Part shown: positions 10,716 to 21,081 of the stretch, one piece after another
Layout of the letters: each line of letters opens with the position of its first letter
How positions within the stretch are numbered: position 1 is the first letter of the stretch
Assembly (NCBI GenBank): GCA_963718615.1
Contig: OY970368.1
Coordinates: 1,152,001-1,216,000 of the forward strand
Reading direction: 5' to 3'
Source: an uncultured cyanobacterium
Lineage (GTDB): Bacteria > Cyanobacteriota > Cyanobacteriia > PCC-9006 > JAAUQQ01
Length of the DNA stretch: 64,000 nt
Translations under genes and position numbers: made by a program
Notes under the pieces: generated by a model
The model's database searches: none
Told to the model about the DNA's origin: nothing
Seen by the model: only the letters and a program-made list of their open reading frames with translations

Positions 10716-10760
10716 ATGGTTCGATTTTGGGTGGATTTCGGTGGGTTTCGGGAATTTTAG
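10716..10760 (+). pseudogene. Possible remnant of DUF5615/PIN toxin N-terminus
   Basis: ATG 6 nt after DUF433 stop reads MVRFWVD, resembling MxRFLxDEN; stops after 14 aa. Confidence 0.4.
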
Positions 10761-10812
10761 CGAAAAATTTGGTTTCTGGCTGAGCGGGTGCCCTGTTCTC
10801 ATTTCTGCCTTC

Positions 10813-13800
10813 TCAATTCTCCTTTCCTCTTGGCTCTATCCCACACAATGCCCGATCTTCATTGCTGACATCCGGGTTGGTGCGGAGGTAGTCGCTGGCC
10901 CAGGTGCAAGCCAGCTCCAGGAGTCGATCCACATCCCAAGCTGCGAGCTTGACGGTGCCGTCATAACCGCCGGAAACAATCGTCTGGCCATCGGGACTGA
11001 AATTCACGCTAGAGACCCAGCCTTGATGGCCTTTGAGGGTAGCGCGCTCGCTGCCGTCGGTGTTCCAGAGCTTGACGGTGCCGTCAGAACCGCCGGAAAC
11101 AATCGTCTGGCCATCGGGACTGAAATTCACGCTAGAGACCCAGCCTTGATTGCCTTTGAGGGTAGCGCGCTCGCTGCCGTCGGTGTTCCAGAGCTTGACG
11201 GTGCCGTCATAACCGCCGGAAACAATCGTCTGGCCATCGGGACTGAAATTCACGCTCAAGACCCTGCCTTGATGGCCTTTGAGGGTAGCGCGCTCGCTGC
11301 CGTCGGTGTTCCAGAGCTTGACGGTGCCGTCATAACCGCCGGAAACAATCGTCTGGCCATCGGGACTGAAATTCACGCTCAAGACCAAGCCTTGATGGCC
11401 TTTGAGGGTAGTGCGCTCGCTGCCGTCGGTGTTCCAGAGCTTGACGGTGCCGTCAGAACCGCCGGAAACAATCGTCTGGCCATCGGGACTGAAATTCACG
11501 CTAGAGACCCAGCCTTGATGGCCTTTGAGGGTAGTGCGCTCGCTGCCGTCGGTGTTCCAGAGCTTGACGGTGCCGTCCTCACCGCCGGAAACAATCGTCT
11601 GGCCATCGGGACTGAAATTCACGCTAGAGACCCAGCCTTGATTGCCTTTGAGGGTAGCGCGCTCGCTGCCGTCGGTGTTCCAGAGCTTGACGGTGCCGTC
11701 CTCACCGCCGGAAACAATCGTCTGGCCATCGGGACTGAAATTCACGCTATAGACCCTGCCTTGATGGCCTTTGAGGGTAGTGCGCTCGCTGCCGTCGGTG
11801 TTCCAGAGCTTGACGGTGCCGTCATAACCGCCGGAAACAATCGTCTGGCCATCGGGACTGAAATTCACGCTCCTGACCCAGCCTTGATTGCCTTTGAGGG
11901 TAGCGCGCTCGCTGCCGTCGGTGTTCCAGAGCTTGACGGTGCCGTCCTCACCGCCGGAAACAATCGTCTGGCCATCGGGACTGAAATTCACGCTATAGAC
12001 CCTGCCTTGATGGCCTTTGAGGGTAGCGCGCTCGCTGCCGTCGGTGTTCCAGAGCTTGACGGTGCCGTCAGAACCGCCGGAAACAATCGTCTGGCCATCG
12101 GGACTGAAATTCACGCTCAAGACCAAGCCTTGATTGCCTTTGAAAATATTGCGTTCCCGAATGCCATAAACCTGAGTCAGCGCTGCTTGAGTCTGCAACT
12201 TTGCTTCCAGAGTCTCCTGCTTCACGTTCTGCCCGATTCCTTTCGGTTTTGATTCAATCTGCTGAAAGGTTCTTCCTGCCCGAATTCCCTGCACCAATCC
12301 CAAGAGTGGCCGAGTCTGTGCCTCTGCCTCCGCCTTCCTTGCATCCACCTGTACCCCCACAATCCGCAACGTCCATTCCGCCTCTGCAAGCGTGTCTTCT
12401 GCAACTCTTGCACTTCGTGCCGCTTTCCGTTGTTCCTGCTTCGCTAGTCTCAGTTGCTGCTGCGCCTGAGTAATTTGAGCGTTGGTCTGTTGCACTTTGA
12501 CTTCTGCCGCTTGTGCTTTCCCCTGTGCCTGCTGCGCCTGAGCTGCGGCTGCTTGCACAGTTTGCTCTGCCGCCGCCACCTGCTGCTCTACCGCCGCTAC
12601 CTGCTGATTCGCAGCGCTTTCCTGCTCCTGCGCTACCCGCACCGCCTGATTAAGCCGCTCCCGCTCCGCTTCTACCTCTTTCACCTGTTGCTGAGCCATC
12701 TGGGCCTGCTGCTGGGCTGCCTTTGCCTGCTTCTGAGCCTCAGCAGACTGCTGTTTTGCCGTCAGCTCCTTACGCTCCATCGCCTGCAAGTTCTCGTTGA
12801 GCGTCTCTCTTTGCTGCGTCAGGGTTTCCTTCTCCTGTTGGGCCGCATTCGTTTCTTTCCGAGCTGTTTGCAAATCCGCCCGAGCAAACAACGCACTCGG
12901 TATGGCCACCCCCGCCAACGCCAACGCCGCCACAGCCCCAACCACACTGCGCAAATTCTGCCGATTCGCCTGCTTTGTTGCTACCGCGACTTTTTCTTCT
13001 GCCTGCTGCGCCGCCACCGCCAACTGCCGCTCCGCCTCTAACCGCGTCTCCTCCAACTGTTGCTCCGCCGCCGCCCGCGCCGCCGTCAAAATCTGATTCG
13101 CCTCTTGCTCCGCCGCAACTTCCCGCTGCGCCTTGTCCAACGCATCCCGCTGTTCCTGCTCCAACGACGCCTGAATAAACTGATTCTCCACCTGCCGCAA
13201 CCTCGGCTGCATAAATGCCCAAGACCGCGCCTCCGCCAACGGTTTCCCCCGCAATAGCCGCGCCACATCCTGATCCTGCTGCCAAGCCGCCATCTGCTCC
13301 GCAAACGGACACAACCGCCCCAGCTCCCGCTGCACCCACGCCCCATCAAACACCGCTCGATAAATGCGGTTATACCCCCGCACCAGCCCCGCCCGCTTCA
13401 CCACCAGCCCCGTCAACCGCAGCGCCATCTCCTCCGGGGCATCCGTCGCCGCCACCTCGCCCCGCTCCAAAATGCTCTGATAAATCCCCAACATCTCCCG
13501 CCGCCGCTGCTCCGGCTGACCCAAAATCCGATCTCGAATCGTCCGCAGATGCGTCTGCTCATCATTCGCCTCCCAATGACCGATGATCCGGGATTGCACA
13601 ATTGTAGACACATCAATACCGGTCGGAGTATCGACATCAACCTGAGTGTTGGCCACTAATCCGCAGACCCGTTGGGTGAGGAAGGGCTGGCCCCCTGTCC
13701 AAGCCAAAATTTCCCGCAACACCTCCGGCCCCCGGTTCCCTAATCCCACCGCCAGCGGCCCCACCTCACCCTCCCCAAAGCCCTCCAGCTCAATCGCTCG

Positions 13801-14409
13801 GCCAATATTAAACGGCGTCCGCGTCTTATCTTGAATCAGCTCCCCCGGCGTCGCCACCCCAAACAACGCAAACGTCAGCCGCCCATACTCCGGCCTGTCC
13901 ACCCGCCCGTTATAGCAAGCCCGAATAAACGCAAAAAAATCATCAATCGGAAACGGCAAACTCAACACACTATCGATCTCATCCACAAAGATCGCCAGAC
14001 TCCCCGGCAACTCCGCCAGCAGCCAATCCATCAACATCCCCAATCGATCCACCGGGGGAAACTCCTTGCGCTCCCGCCACCAGCTCCGCAACTGCAGCCG
14101 CTCCGTCAGCCCCAACCCCGCCACAATCTGCCGCGCCAGCCCCGCATACCACTGCTCCTCCGTCGGGCTTTGGCTACCAATCGAGGTAATATCAACGGCG
14201 ACACAGGCCACCCCCTCCCCCTGAAGCCGCCCCATCGTCCGCACCCGCAGACTCGACTTGCCCATCTGCCGCGAATTCAGCACATAACAAAACACCCCCG
14301 CCCTCAGCCCTGCATACAGCTCAGCATCCGCCCGCCGCTCCACATAGGTCGGGCTGTCCCCCGGCAGCGTCCCCCCGACCTGATAGAAACTAGCCCCTGA
14401 AGTCGCCAT
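10813..14409 (-). CDS. AAA_35-type NTPase - coiled coil/putative TM - 10x WD40 protein
   Basis: [15 protein letters not shown], Walker [10 protein letters not shown], Walker [18 protein letters not shown]; hydrophobic stretch [20 protein letters not shown]; A/Q/E-rich coil; WD40 repeats. Start chosen at MATSG. Confidence 0.92.
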   Translation of the reverse strand: MATSGASFYQVGGTLPGDSPTYVERRADAELYAGLRAGVFCYVLNSRQMGKSSLRVRTMGRLQGEGVACVAVDITSIGSQSPTEEQWYAGLARQIVAGLGLTERLQLRSWWRERKEFPPVDRLGMLMDWLLAELPGSLAIFVDEIDSVLSLPFPIDDFFAFIRACYNGRVDRPEYGRLTFALFGVATPGELIQDKTRTPFNIGRAIELEGFGEGEVGPLAVGLGNRGPEVLREILAWTGGQPFLTQRVCGLVANTQVDVDTPTGIDVSTIVQSRIIGHWEANDEQTHLRTIRDRILGQPEQRRREMLGIYQSILERGEVAATDAPEEMALRLTGLVVKRAGLVRGYNRIYRAVFDGAWVQRELGRLCPFAEQMAAWQQDQDVARLLRGKPLAEARSWAFMQPRLRQVENQFIQASLEQEQRDALDKAQREVAAEQEANQILTAARAAAEQQLEETRLEAERQLAVAAQQAEEKVAVATKQANRQNLRSVVGAVAALALAGVAIPSALFARADLQTARKETNAAQQEKETLTQQRETLNENLQAMERKELTAKQQSAEAQKQAKAAQQQAQMAQQQVKEVEAERERLNQAVRVAQEQESAANQQVAAVEQQVAAAEQTVQAAAAQAQQAQGKAQAAEVKVQQTNAQITQAQQQLRLAKQEQRKAARSARVAEDTLAEAEWTLRIVGVQVDARKAEAEAQTRPLLGLVQGIRAGRTFQQIESKPKGIGQNVKQETLEAKLQTQAALTQVYGIRERNIFKGNQGLVLSVNFSPDGQTIVSGGSDGTVKLWNTDGSERATLKGHQGRVYSVNFSPDGQTIVSGGEDGTVKLWNTDGSERATLKGNQGWVRSVNFSPDGQTIVSGGYDGTVKLWNTDGSERTTLKGHQGRVYSVNFSPDGQTIVSGGEDGTVKLWNTDGSERATLKGNQGWVSSVNFSPDGQTIVSGGEDGTVKLWNTDGSERTTLKGHQGWVSSVNFSPDGQTIVSGGSDGTVKLWNTDGSERTTLKGHQGLVLSVNFSPDGQTIVSGGYDGTVKLWNTDGSERATLKGHQGRVLSVNFSPDGQTIVSGGYDGTVKLWNTDGSERATLKGNQGWVSSVNFSPDGQTIVSGGSDGTVKLWNTDGSERATLKGHQGWVSSVNFSPDGQTIVSGGYDGTVKLAAWDVDRLLELACTWASDYLRTNPDVSNEDRALCGIEPRGKEN
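10945..12142. repeat. Tandem array of ten 123-bp coding repeats (WD40)
   Basis: Unit GAGCTTGACGGTGCCGTC recurs at 10945, 11068 and onward at 123-bp period; units differ at five codons. Confidence 0.97.
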
Positions 14410-14447
14410 AGGAATCACCCGTGCAAGCCAGACATCATACCCGCAAA

Positions 14448-15110
14448 TTAACCCGTTCGTAACCGATTTTCCAGCTCCTCTAGCGCCTGCAAACTCCCCA
14501 CAATCCAAGCGCGCTGAATCGCTGTCTCAACCCATTCAACCATCGGTAAATCTGGAAACTGCCGACTCACCGCTGAAGCCACATACTCCCCTGCTTCTAG
14601 CCAGTAAATCGTCAGACGCTCATTGGCATAAATCCAAACCTCAGGAACCTGAAGCGCCCTATAGGCTGCGATCGCCGTCAACGACGTCACATCCGTCTCA
14701 ATCGCCAAATCCGGCGGCGGATCCCCCGGCTCCAGACGGCGCTTCCCAATCATCCGCTCATAGTGTTGAATATAAAAACAAGCATCTGGCTCAATTCCCG
14801 CAATGCCCTGCTGCTTAAACGTCGTAGACCCTAGGGGTTGATATCGAATCCGTCGCGATCGCAGCACGGTTTTGACAATATCCGAAATCAAGTCCGTCGG
14901 CGCTGTACATTTCAAACAGCCATGGTCAGGACGTGGCACCGTAATCTCCAAAGTATCGTGACAGTAGGCGATTCGAGCCGAGCGGCGATCGCCCATCTCC
15001 GCCAAAATCGCTTCAAACTCCAGCCAATTCACATTTGGAATCGTCACTCGGCTACCGGGTTCGAGCCGGAGCTGACTAATGGGTTTGCTAATCGGTAAGA
15101 GCGCTGTCAT
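14448..15110 (-). CDS. Uma2 family endonuclease-fold protein
   Basis: [31 protein letters not shown]. Confidence 0.92.
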   Translation of the reverse strand: MTALLPISKPISQLRLEPGSRVTIPNVNWLEFEAILAEMGDRRSARIAYCHDTLEITVPRPDHGCLKCTAPTDLISDIVKTVLRSRRIRYQPLGSTTFKQQGIAGIEPDACFYIQHYERMIGKRRLEPGDPPPDLAIETDVTSLTAIAAYRALQVPEVWIYANERLTIYWLEAGEYVASAVSRQFPDLPMVEWVETAIQRAWIVGSLQALEELENRLRTG

Positions 15111-15170
15111 AGGACAAAATTGAATGGGACAAATCGTACAAAAATCAAACGTATTACTCCATCCCCTGCT

Positions 15171-16690
15171 TTATCTCGATTCTAAGCGATCGCCAAAATA
15201 CACCCGATACAACTCGCTCCGAAACGTCACCTCATTCCCCAACAAATCCACCAATCCCATGCTGTGCAACTGAAACGCCACTACCGACTCCAGCCGCACC
15301 GGCCCATCGGACTGCACCAACTGCCGCACCGCCGCCGCCAAGACCGGGTGCTGCTCCAGATTCCACAGATGCCGCCGCAAATGGTCGCCATAGAGCCCAG
15401 CTTCCGTCGGCGCTTCCCGCAGCAACTCCGTCAGCGTCTTGTCCCGGCGGGCAATGACATACAGCGCCAGCCGCACCAAATAGGGATGTCCCCCTACCAT
15501 ATCCATCAGCCGCTCAATAGGCGATGCATTCCAGTTCAAGCCATGGCGCTGGGCCAAATCCTGCACCTGCTCCGCCGTAAACTCCCGGAGTTCGATGGGC
15601 AATCCCACGTTAAAGGGCGACTGATTGATATTCATGGGGATATAGACTTCCGTGGAATGCACCACCACTAAACGGAAACGTTTCCAGATATCTCGCGTTG
15701 TCGCCGTATCATTCCAGGTCCGTAGCATCCCAAAAAAGTCCGCTGCAATGTTGGGATACTCAAACACCATATCCACCTCATCCAGACAGAGCGTTAGCGG
15801 CTGCTCCAGGCTGTCCAAAATATACTCTTCAAAATAGGCCGTGCAGTTGAGCTTGCTGCCGTAGATCTCATCATCCCAATAGTCATTCAGTTTGTTGGGC
15901 AACTTCAGCCGTCGCGCTACACTGGCCGCGAACCAGCGCAAAAACCGACGCAGGTCGCCAAACACCACCGAATCCGCAATCTGAAAACTCAGCGCCACCC
16001 CCAACGAGCCATTCTGCTCAGCATGGCGCAGCACCCGCGACATCAACGACGTTTTGCCCATTTGCCGGGGAGCCTTGATCCGAATCAGCGCCCCCGGTTG
16101 GGTAATGGCCTCATAACAGCGATCTTCAATCCCTGGCCGCTCCACATAAAACTGTGAAGCCAAATCCACCTGTCCCCCCGGCAGCTCCGGCTCCGCCACC
16201 GGCAGCGGCGGCATGTTCACCGACTCTTGCCCTATCAAGCTGGGGGCAATGGGTAGATCCACACTCTCTGGCACTGTCATGGGTTGCGTCGCTTGCAGTG
16301 TGCCTGTTTTGAGTAAGTCTAGAACTTCCGCGAGAATCCGGGGGGTGTCTGCGGGACTTTTCCACTCTCGCTGCTGAATGGAATGGAGATAGCCTCGCAG
16401 ATCGTAGTTGAGCGGGGCATCCAGTGGAAAATTCACCCGAATGGGCAGAATCCAGGGCCTACCGGTCTGTTCCTGGCGCTGTCTGGCCCGTTTCACTTCC
16501 TCGGTCACCATTTCGCTCAAAGCCGCCTGCTCCGACAGCAGCACGAGCATATAGTCACAGGTGTTCAGCTCCTGGTCAATCCGCTGCACCCAATCTTCGC
16601 CCAACCGCAAACTTGCCCCTGCCATAAAGGCGCTATAGCCTTCGGCCTCTAGCGCGGTCTGAAAGGTTTGTGCCAAGACCTGATCCGGGT
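15171..16690 (-). pseudogene. 3' part (TIR remainder + AAA_35 NTPase) of IS-interrupted gene
   Basis: TIR: GEDW..RI..EL..CD..LVLLS..SEMVTEEV; Walker A APRQMGKTS, Walker B LCLDEVD, QSPFNVG, GGHPYL; joins in frame with 19324-19819. Confidence 0.9.
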
Positions 16691-16795
16691 TATCAAGTGT
16701 CAAGACATTTGCCTGTCGCGACAATTAGAAGGCGGGGAGCCCACTGAATTGGCAAAAGGAAATGAGAAGCGGCAATCTCAGGTCAAGACGACAAT

Positions 16796-17644
16796 CTAAG
16801 ATCGCTTCTGGTGTGTCGATGTTTGGGAGTCAGATTCAGAGGATTTTGCCGGGAGTGCCTTCAAGTTCTCAGAGCGCTGGTGAGCGGAGCGTTTACGAAA
16901 ACTGTCCGCCTTGATTTCGAGAATGACCGCATGGTGAATGAGGCGGTCAACGGCGGCGACGGTCATCATGGAATCACCAAAGATGGAGTTCCACTCACTG
17001 AACGGCTGATTGGCAGTGACCATGATGCTTTTGCGCTCATAGCGATAGGCAATGAGTTCAAAGAGAACGGAGGTTTCTGCCTCGGATTTTTGGACATAGC
17101 CGAGGTCATCAATGATCACGAGGTCAAAGCGGTCGAGCTTTTTCAGGGCAGGCTGAAGCTGGAGATGAAGCTTTTCTTTTTGGAGATACTGCACCAGGGT
17201 GGTGGCACAGAAGAATTTGACGCGCTTGCCCGCTTCCAGGGCGGCACGAGCGATGCCAGCGGCCAGATGGGTTTTGCCGACCCCAGAAGGTCCGAAGAAG
17301 AGACAGTTTTGGGCGTCATCAATCCACTGGGGTTCAGTGGCGAGTTTTTGAATCGGGAGAGGGTTAACCAGGGGCAGGTGTGTCCAATCGAAATTGGAAA
17401 CCGTTTTGGCGTTGGGCAGTTGAGCTTCGGTGATGGCTCTTTGGAGGCGCAAAGCCTTGCGGCGGTCTGTTTCGAGTTGGCACAGGGCCAAGAGAAATTG
17501 CGCGTAGGACCAGGTCTCTCGCATGGCTTGCTGCTCCAAGGTCTCCCAGTGGTTGAGCATATGGGATAAGCGCAGGTGCTTGAGCTGAGCGCTGAGGCTT
17601 TGGTAAGGGCTCAGCTCCGGTTGAGACGAGCTCTGGTTCTGCAT
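16796..17644 (-). CDS. istB: IS21 helper ATPase IstB
   Basis: GPSGVGKTHLA, DLVIIDDLGY, AAVDRLIHH; start uncertain. Confidence 0.95.
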   Translation of the reverse strand: MQNQSSSQPELSPYQSLSAQLKHLRLSHMLNHWETLEQQAMRETWSYAQFLLALCQLETDRRKALRLQRAITEAQLPNAKTVSNFDWTHLPLVNPLPIQKLATEPQWIDDAQNCLFFGPSGVGKTHLAAGIARAALEAGKRVKFFCATTLVQYLQKEKLHLQLQPALKKLDRFDLVIIDDLGYVQKSEAETSVLFELIAYRYERKSIMVTANQPFSEWNSIFGDSMMTVAAVDRLIHHAVILEIKADSFRKRSAHQRSENLKALPAKSSESDSQTSTHQKRS

Positions 17645-19154
17645 CTGGGATGACGCTGCTGTGGGTGAACAGAAGGGCATCGTAGTCGTTGAGGTCATGT
17701 TGTTGGACATTCACGGTGGGGAATTCGAGTTTGGTGAGCAACTGAAAATGGAGTCTGAGCCTTGAGAGGGTGAGGGTTTTGGCCTCAATCTCTGGGAAGA
17801 GGTAGTCAGCGACCGCCGCTTCCTTGTTTTGGGTCGCCGCAATATAGAGGGCTTCGACCATGAGCACGGCGGCAGAATCAAGCTCAAAGCCAGCCTGGAG
17901 CTGTTTCCAGAGTTGGTGATAGCGCTCATTGGGCAGGAGGTCCTCTCGCCAGGTGCTGTGGAGGAAGGCCAAGGGCTTTTTGCGCAACCCTTCGATGACA
18001 TGGTGATAGTCCACCGAGCGGGCGCGCCGCTTGTCCTTGTCAGTAGAACGAATCCGTTTCAACCTGAACACTTCATGGCCTTCGAGGTAGCCCATCAGGC
18101 GGTTGTGGTGCAGATGCACTTCCAGGGACCGGCCAATTAAGCGAGACGGCACGCTGTAGAGCATGCAGCGGATATCAATCGTGCTGTTGCTGCTCACCTT
18201 GGCGGTGAGGAGTTCGTAGTCCGCAGCCCGGTATTTGGGCAACGCCTGGAGATGCGCTTTCTCATGCTCATACTTATCCTGATGCTGGGCATTGAGCTTG
18301 GCCACACAGTCATTGAGCAGGTCTTGATAGTCGCTGACGCTAGCGAAGTCGGTGCTGCCGCGCAGGTACATCGCTTGGACAATGCGGTTCTTCAGATGAC
18401 CGTGGGGGCCTTCAATAGAACCGTTCTCGTGGGCGATTCCCCGGTTGTTTCGCGTCGGTTGCAACCGATAGTGCTCACACAGGTCGTCATACAAGCGCGT
18501 CAGCGGTTTGGTCTTCTTCCCACCCAGATTTCGATAGGCCGCACTCAGGCTATCGGTGCGATGCTGCTTTGGAGCCCCGCCGCAGGCAAACAGGGCATTC
18601 TGCAATCCTTCGGATAGGGCGACAAAGCTTTCACCCCCCTCGATTAACTCCGCGTAGGACCAGCCGCTGTAGCCCAAGCGGTAGTGATAAATCAAGTGCT
18701 CATAGGGCTTTCCATTTATCGTCACCACCGTCCCTTTGAGTTCGGTGAAGTCGGAAAATCCTTGCACCCCCGGCTCGTGACGCAGCTCAAACATCACCTC
18801 GGGAGCTGGACCATACAGTGCTTTCCAGGTTCTCACTCGCCGCTGAAGCGTCCTGAGCACTTGCGGATATTGACCCGGATATTTGTCCTGCAAATGCTCA
18901 AATAACGTCGTCGGTTTCAGTCTTGGCTCAGCTCGCAGCATCGCCTCTAGTTCGGCTTCCCAAAGACCGTTGAGTGGATCTGGCCGGGTCCGCACCCCGG
19001 TGCCCTCTCCACTCCCCTGCTGCCACTCGTTGGCATCCATTCGTTGCGCGGTTCGCACCGAAAATTCCGCCACCGCTGCCGCATCTTGCTGCGACAGGCC
19101 ATGCTCCTTTGCATTCATGTACACTCGCTGTTGATACATTATTACTCTCGACAC
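17364..19154 (-). CDS. istA: IS21 transposase IstA (DDE)
   Basis: RTLQRRVR, HEPG...SDFT, HRTDSLSAA, AHENGSIE, YSVPSRLIG. Confidence 0.95.
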   Translation of the reverse strand: MSRVIMYQQRVYMNAKEHGLSQQDAAAVAEFSVRTAQRMDANEWQQGSGEGTGVRTRPDPLNGLWEAELEAMLRAEPRLKPTTLFEHLQDKYPGQYPQVLRTLQRRVRTWKALYGPAPEVMFELRHEPGVQGFSDFTELKGTVVTINGKPYEHLIYHYRLGYSGWSYAELIEGGESFVALSEGLQNALFACGGAPKQHRTDSLSAAYRNLGGKKTKPLTRLYDDLCEHYRLQPTRNNRGIAHENGSIEGPHGHLKNRIVQAMYLRGSTDFASVSDYQDLLNDCVAKLNAQHQDKYEHEKAHLQALPKYRAADYELLTAKVSSNSTIDIRCMLYSVPSRLIGRSLEVHLHHNRLMGYLEGHEVFRLKRIRSTDKDKRRARSVDYHHVIEGLRKKPLAFLHSTWREDLLPNERYHQLWKQLQAGFELDSAAVLMVEALYIAATQNKEAAVADYLFPEIEAKTLTLSRLRLHFQLLTKLEFPTVNVQQHDLNDYDALLFTHSSVIPDAEPELVSTGAEPLPKPQRSAQAPALIPYAQPLGDLGAASHARDLVLRAISLGPVPTRNRPPQGFAPPKSHHRSSTAQRQNGFQFRLDTPAPG

Positions 19155-19323
19155 TCGTTAGAGTCCTTTCTTTCCAGGGGGACCCTATGAGTGTCTTTTT
19201 TTGTCGATCGCCACGCCAGTGAGCTGTCAAAGTCTCACGTCTGTCTCACGATCCAAGCCACGCTTTCGCGACAACTCCCGCCAGGAAATGTCGAGCAGCC
19301 GCCAATGCTATTGTCGTCTAACA

Positions 19324-19819
19324 CCGGGTCCTGGCTGCGATAGCTAATAAAGCAATGGGGAGGCTTTTCGGCTGCTAAGTCGGCTGCTAAGTCGGCTGCG
19401 GATAAAGAGTCCTGGCTCGCCATCGATTTCGACTTTTCAGGACGACGCTCTTCCCAGAGTTTGTCAAATCGACTCAGATTCTCGGCTGGCTCACGACTCC
19501 AGAGCATCAATTTAAACTTCCATTCTTCTGAGCCCCGGGTGGTGGCCCGTTCGTCTTCTAGGATCCCCAGATGGTCTGGCAAGTAATGGCTGAGCGCATA
19601 CCGGACCTGGTCAGCAGTCAGCGGGTCTCCTTCTCCTTTACGGGTGAGCTGTTCAAAAAAACGACGTTTGGCCTCAACCCTCAGCTCCGGTGACTCGGTG
19701 TCTAACCAAAGAACATGGACCTCTTTTGCGGGTTCTCCGGTTTCGACAAACTCTAAGATTGCAGCCAAAAGCTGCCGAACCCGTAACCGGTTCGTAGGAC
19801 CGTAGGAATACTTAGCCAT
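19324..19819 (-). pseudogene. 5' part (N-terminal domain + first TIR strand FISY) of IS-interrupted gene
   Basis: Ends ..HCFISYRSQDP at the TSD; N-terminal domain (YGP..R...LL.A, ILED.R..RGSEEW.F.L.LW) resembles domains I recall from other cyanobacterial NTPases. Confidence 0.85.
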
Positions 19820-19903
19820 ACCGTTTTAGTAAAAACACCCTCAACCATCCTGTCTTTTCATCCTACTGAATCCCTTGCTTGAGTTGCGGGGACTTCATCA
19901 AAA

Positions 19904-20074
19904 CAAAAAGTTTGGGGTATCTCTAAACTGGCTCTTCCCCCAAACTGGCCTCTAGTCCTTCTACTGTAACCGGTTCAGCCTGCTTGAGTCCTGCATTTGC
20001 TTTGGACCACTCCCCCAAATCGAGCCTGTGGTTGTCGATTCATCGCCCCTCTGGGGACTGGAGCAACCACCATG
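19904..20074 (+). promoter_or_regulatory. Conserved leader, copy 1 (CCCCCAAA boxes)
   Basis: Aligns without gaps to 21082-21252 (offset 1178), about 102/171 identities by hand count. Confidence 0.8.
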
Positions 20075-20953
20075 GTCCACACGACTGCTCGCCACCGCAA
20101 GGCCACTGACAAAAAGCCGATTTCCTGGCTCGGCCTGCTATTGCTCGTGAGTCCCTTTGTCAGCTTCGCTAGCCTGGGTCTCTCCACTGGGTTCTTACTT
20201 CACACCCTGCATCGCCTAGACAATCCAACTCCCATCGTTGTAGCTGAGGTCGATGATGTACCCAATCAACCTGAGGAGAAGCCTTTAGCTTCTCTTCCAG
20301 TTTGGGCAAACCAGCTCGACAACAGCTTGGCTAGCCGCATCGTCAAGTACATGATCAGCCAGGGCTACCAGGTCGATACGAAACCGAATGAGTACAACAT
20401 CATCTACATCGAAGGGATGAACCTTGATGGCAGCTTGAATGATGATCGCCCCAACGTCTTTAACGATCTTCGTCTAGTAATCGAATTCGTTGAAGAGCAG
20501 AAAGGGCAGCCCAAAATCGTTGGCCTGTGGGAGGCAACCACTGAGCCGGGATGGCACTACACATTTAACCCTCTCAATGCCAAAGGGGCTGCTCGCATCC
20601 AGTTTGGTCAGTACAAGGCTTGGCAGATGGGACTGCATGGCAAAGATCTGCATGTGGCGTTGGAGCAAGCGGCACCGATTCCGGTTTATCGCGATTTGAA
20701 TCAGGACTTTATGCGCACGGGGGATGAGCTGGATATTGGCGAGTTTGACATCAATCAGCACTGGGGCTATGACCATCCCGTTGACGATGTTTACACCGCC
20801 AGCGCGGGCTGTTTGGTGGGGCGAACCTGGGAGGGTCATCAGGCGTTTATGGACTTGCTGAAACAAGATCGTCGCTACCAAGCCGATCAACAGTACGTTT
20901 TCAGCACCACCATTATCTCTGGAGATGACTTGGTCAAGCAGTTTGCGCAATAG
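20072..20953 (+). CDS. Membrane-anchored putative L,D-transpeptidase-like peptidoglycan enzyme
   Basis: N-terminal TM; NIIYIEG, ATTEPG, GQY..W..GLH, INQH...SAGC (His/Cys motif of YkuD-like fold). Confidence 0.65.
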   Translation: MVHTTARHRKATDKKPISWLGLLLLVSPFVSFASLGLSTGFLLHTLHRLDNPTPIVVAEVDDVPNQPEEKPLASLPVWANQLDNSLASRIVKYMISQGYQVDTKPNEYNIIYIEGMNLDGSLNDDRPNVFNDLRLVIEFVEEQKGQPKIVGLWEATTEPGWHYTFNPLNAKGAARIQFGQYKAWQMGLHGKDLHVALEQAAPIPVYRDLNQDFMRTGDELDIGEFDINQHWGYDHPVDDVYTASAGCLVGRTWEGHQAFMDLLKQDRRYQADQQYVFSTTIISGDDLVKQFAQ

Positions 20954-20981
20954 CACCCCGGATCCAAGCCCCAAACCCGAT

Positions 20982-21006
20982 GAGAGAGCCCTGCTCTCTC
21001 TTTTTT
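20982..21006 (+). terminator. Intrinsic terminator
   Basis: GAGAGAGC-CCT-GCTCTCTC followed by T6. Confidence 0.85.
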
Positions 21007-21081
21007 GTTGACTTCTTGTTTGTGGATTTCTTGCTGGAGTTTGGTTTGAGTTTTGCACAATTCCCGAGCCTTCTCAACTCC

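Larger units (their letters stand above)
16691..19323 (-). mobile_element. IS21 family insertion sequence (about 2.63 kb) with CCGGGT target site duplication
   Basis: istA/istB pair; direct repeat CCGGGT at 16685-16690 and 19324-19329; imperfect ends (TATCAAGTGTCAAG.. vs TGTTAGACGACAAT..) with internal AGACGACAAT and TCGCGACAA repeats. Confidence 0.93.

Noticed and set aside
10945-12142. CRISPR array or DGR variable region
   Set aside because: Units are contiguous 123-bp coding repeats with no spacers. Variation is not adenine-restricted, and no cas gene, reverse transcriptase or template repeat is seen in the window
10558-12252. 564-aa plus-strand repetitive ORF
   Set aside because: Antisense shadow of the WD40 array; one stop-free unit is simply repeated
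16691-16724. IS-supplied TTG start rescuing the TIR-AAA_35 protein (517-aa ORF)
   Set aside because: No SD sequence upstream, and the first TIR strand (FISY) would be missing; possible but unsupported
16811-17569. 252-aa plus-strand ORF
   Set aside because: Antisense to istB
19235-19323. C-terminal tail of the 194-aa ORF
   Set aside because: Read-through into the IS end, not native sequence
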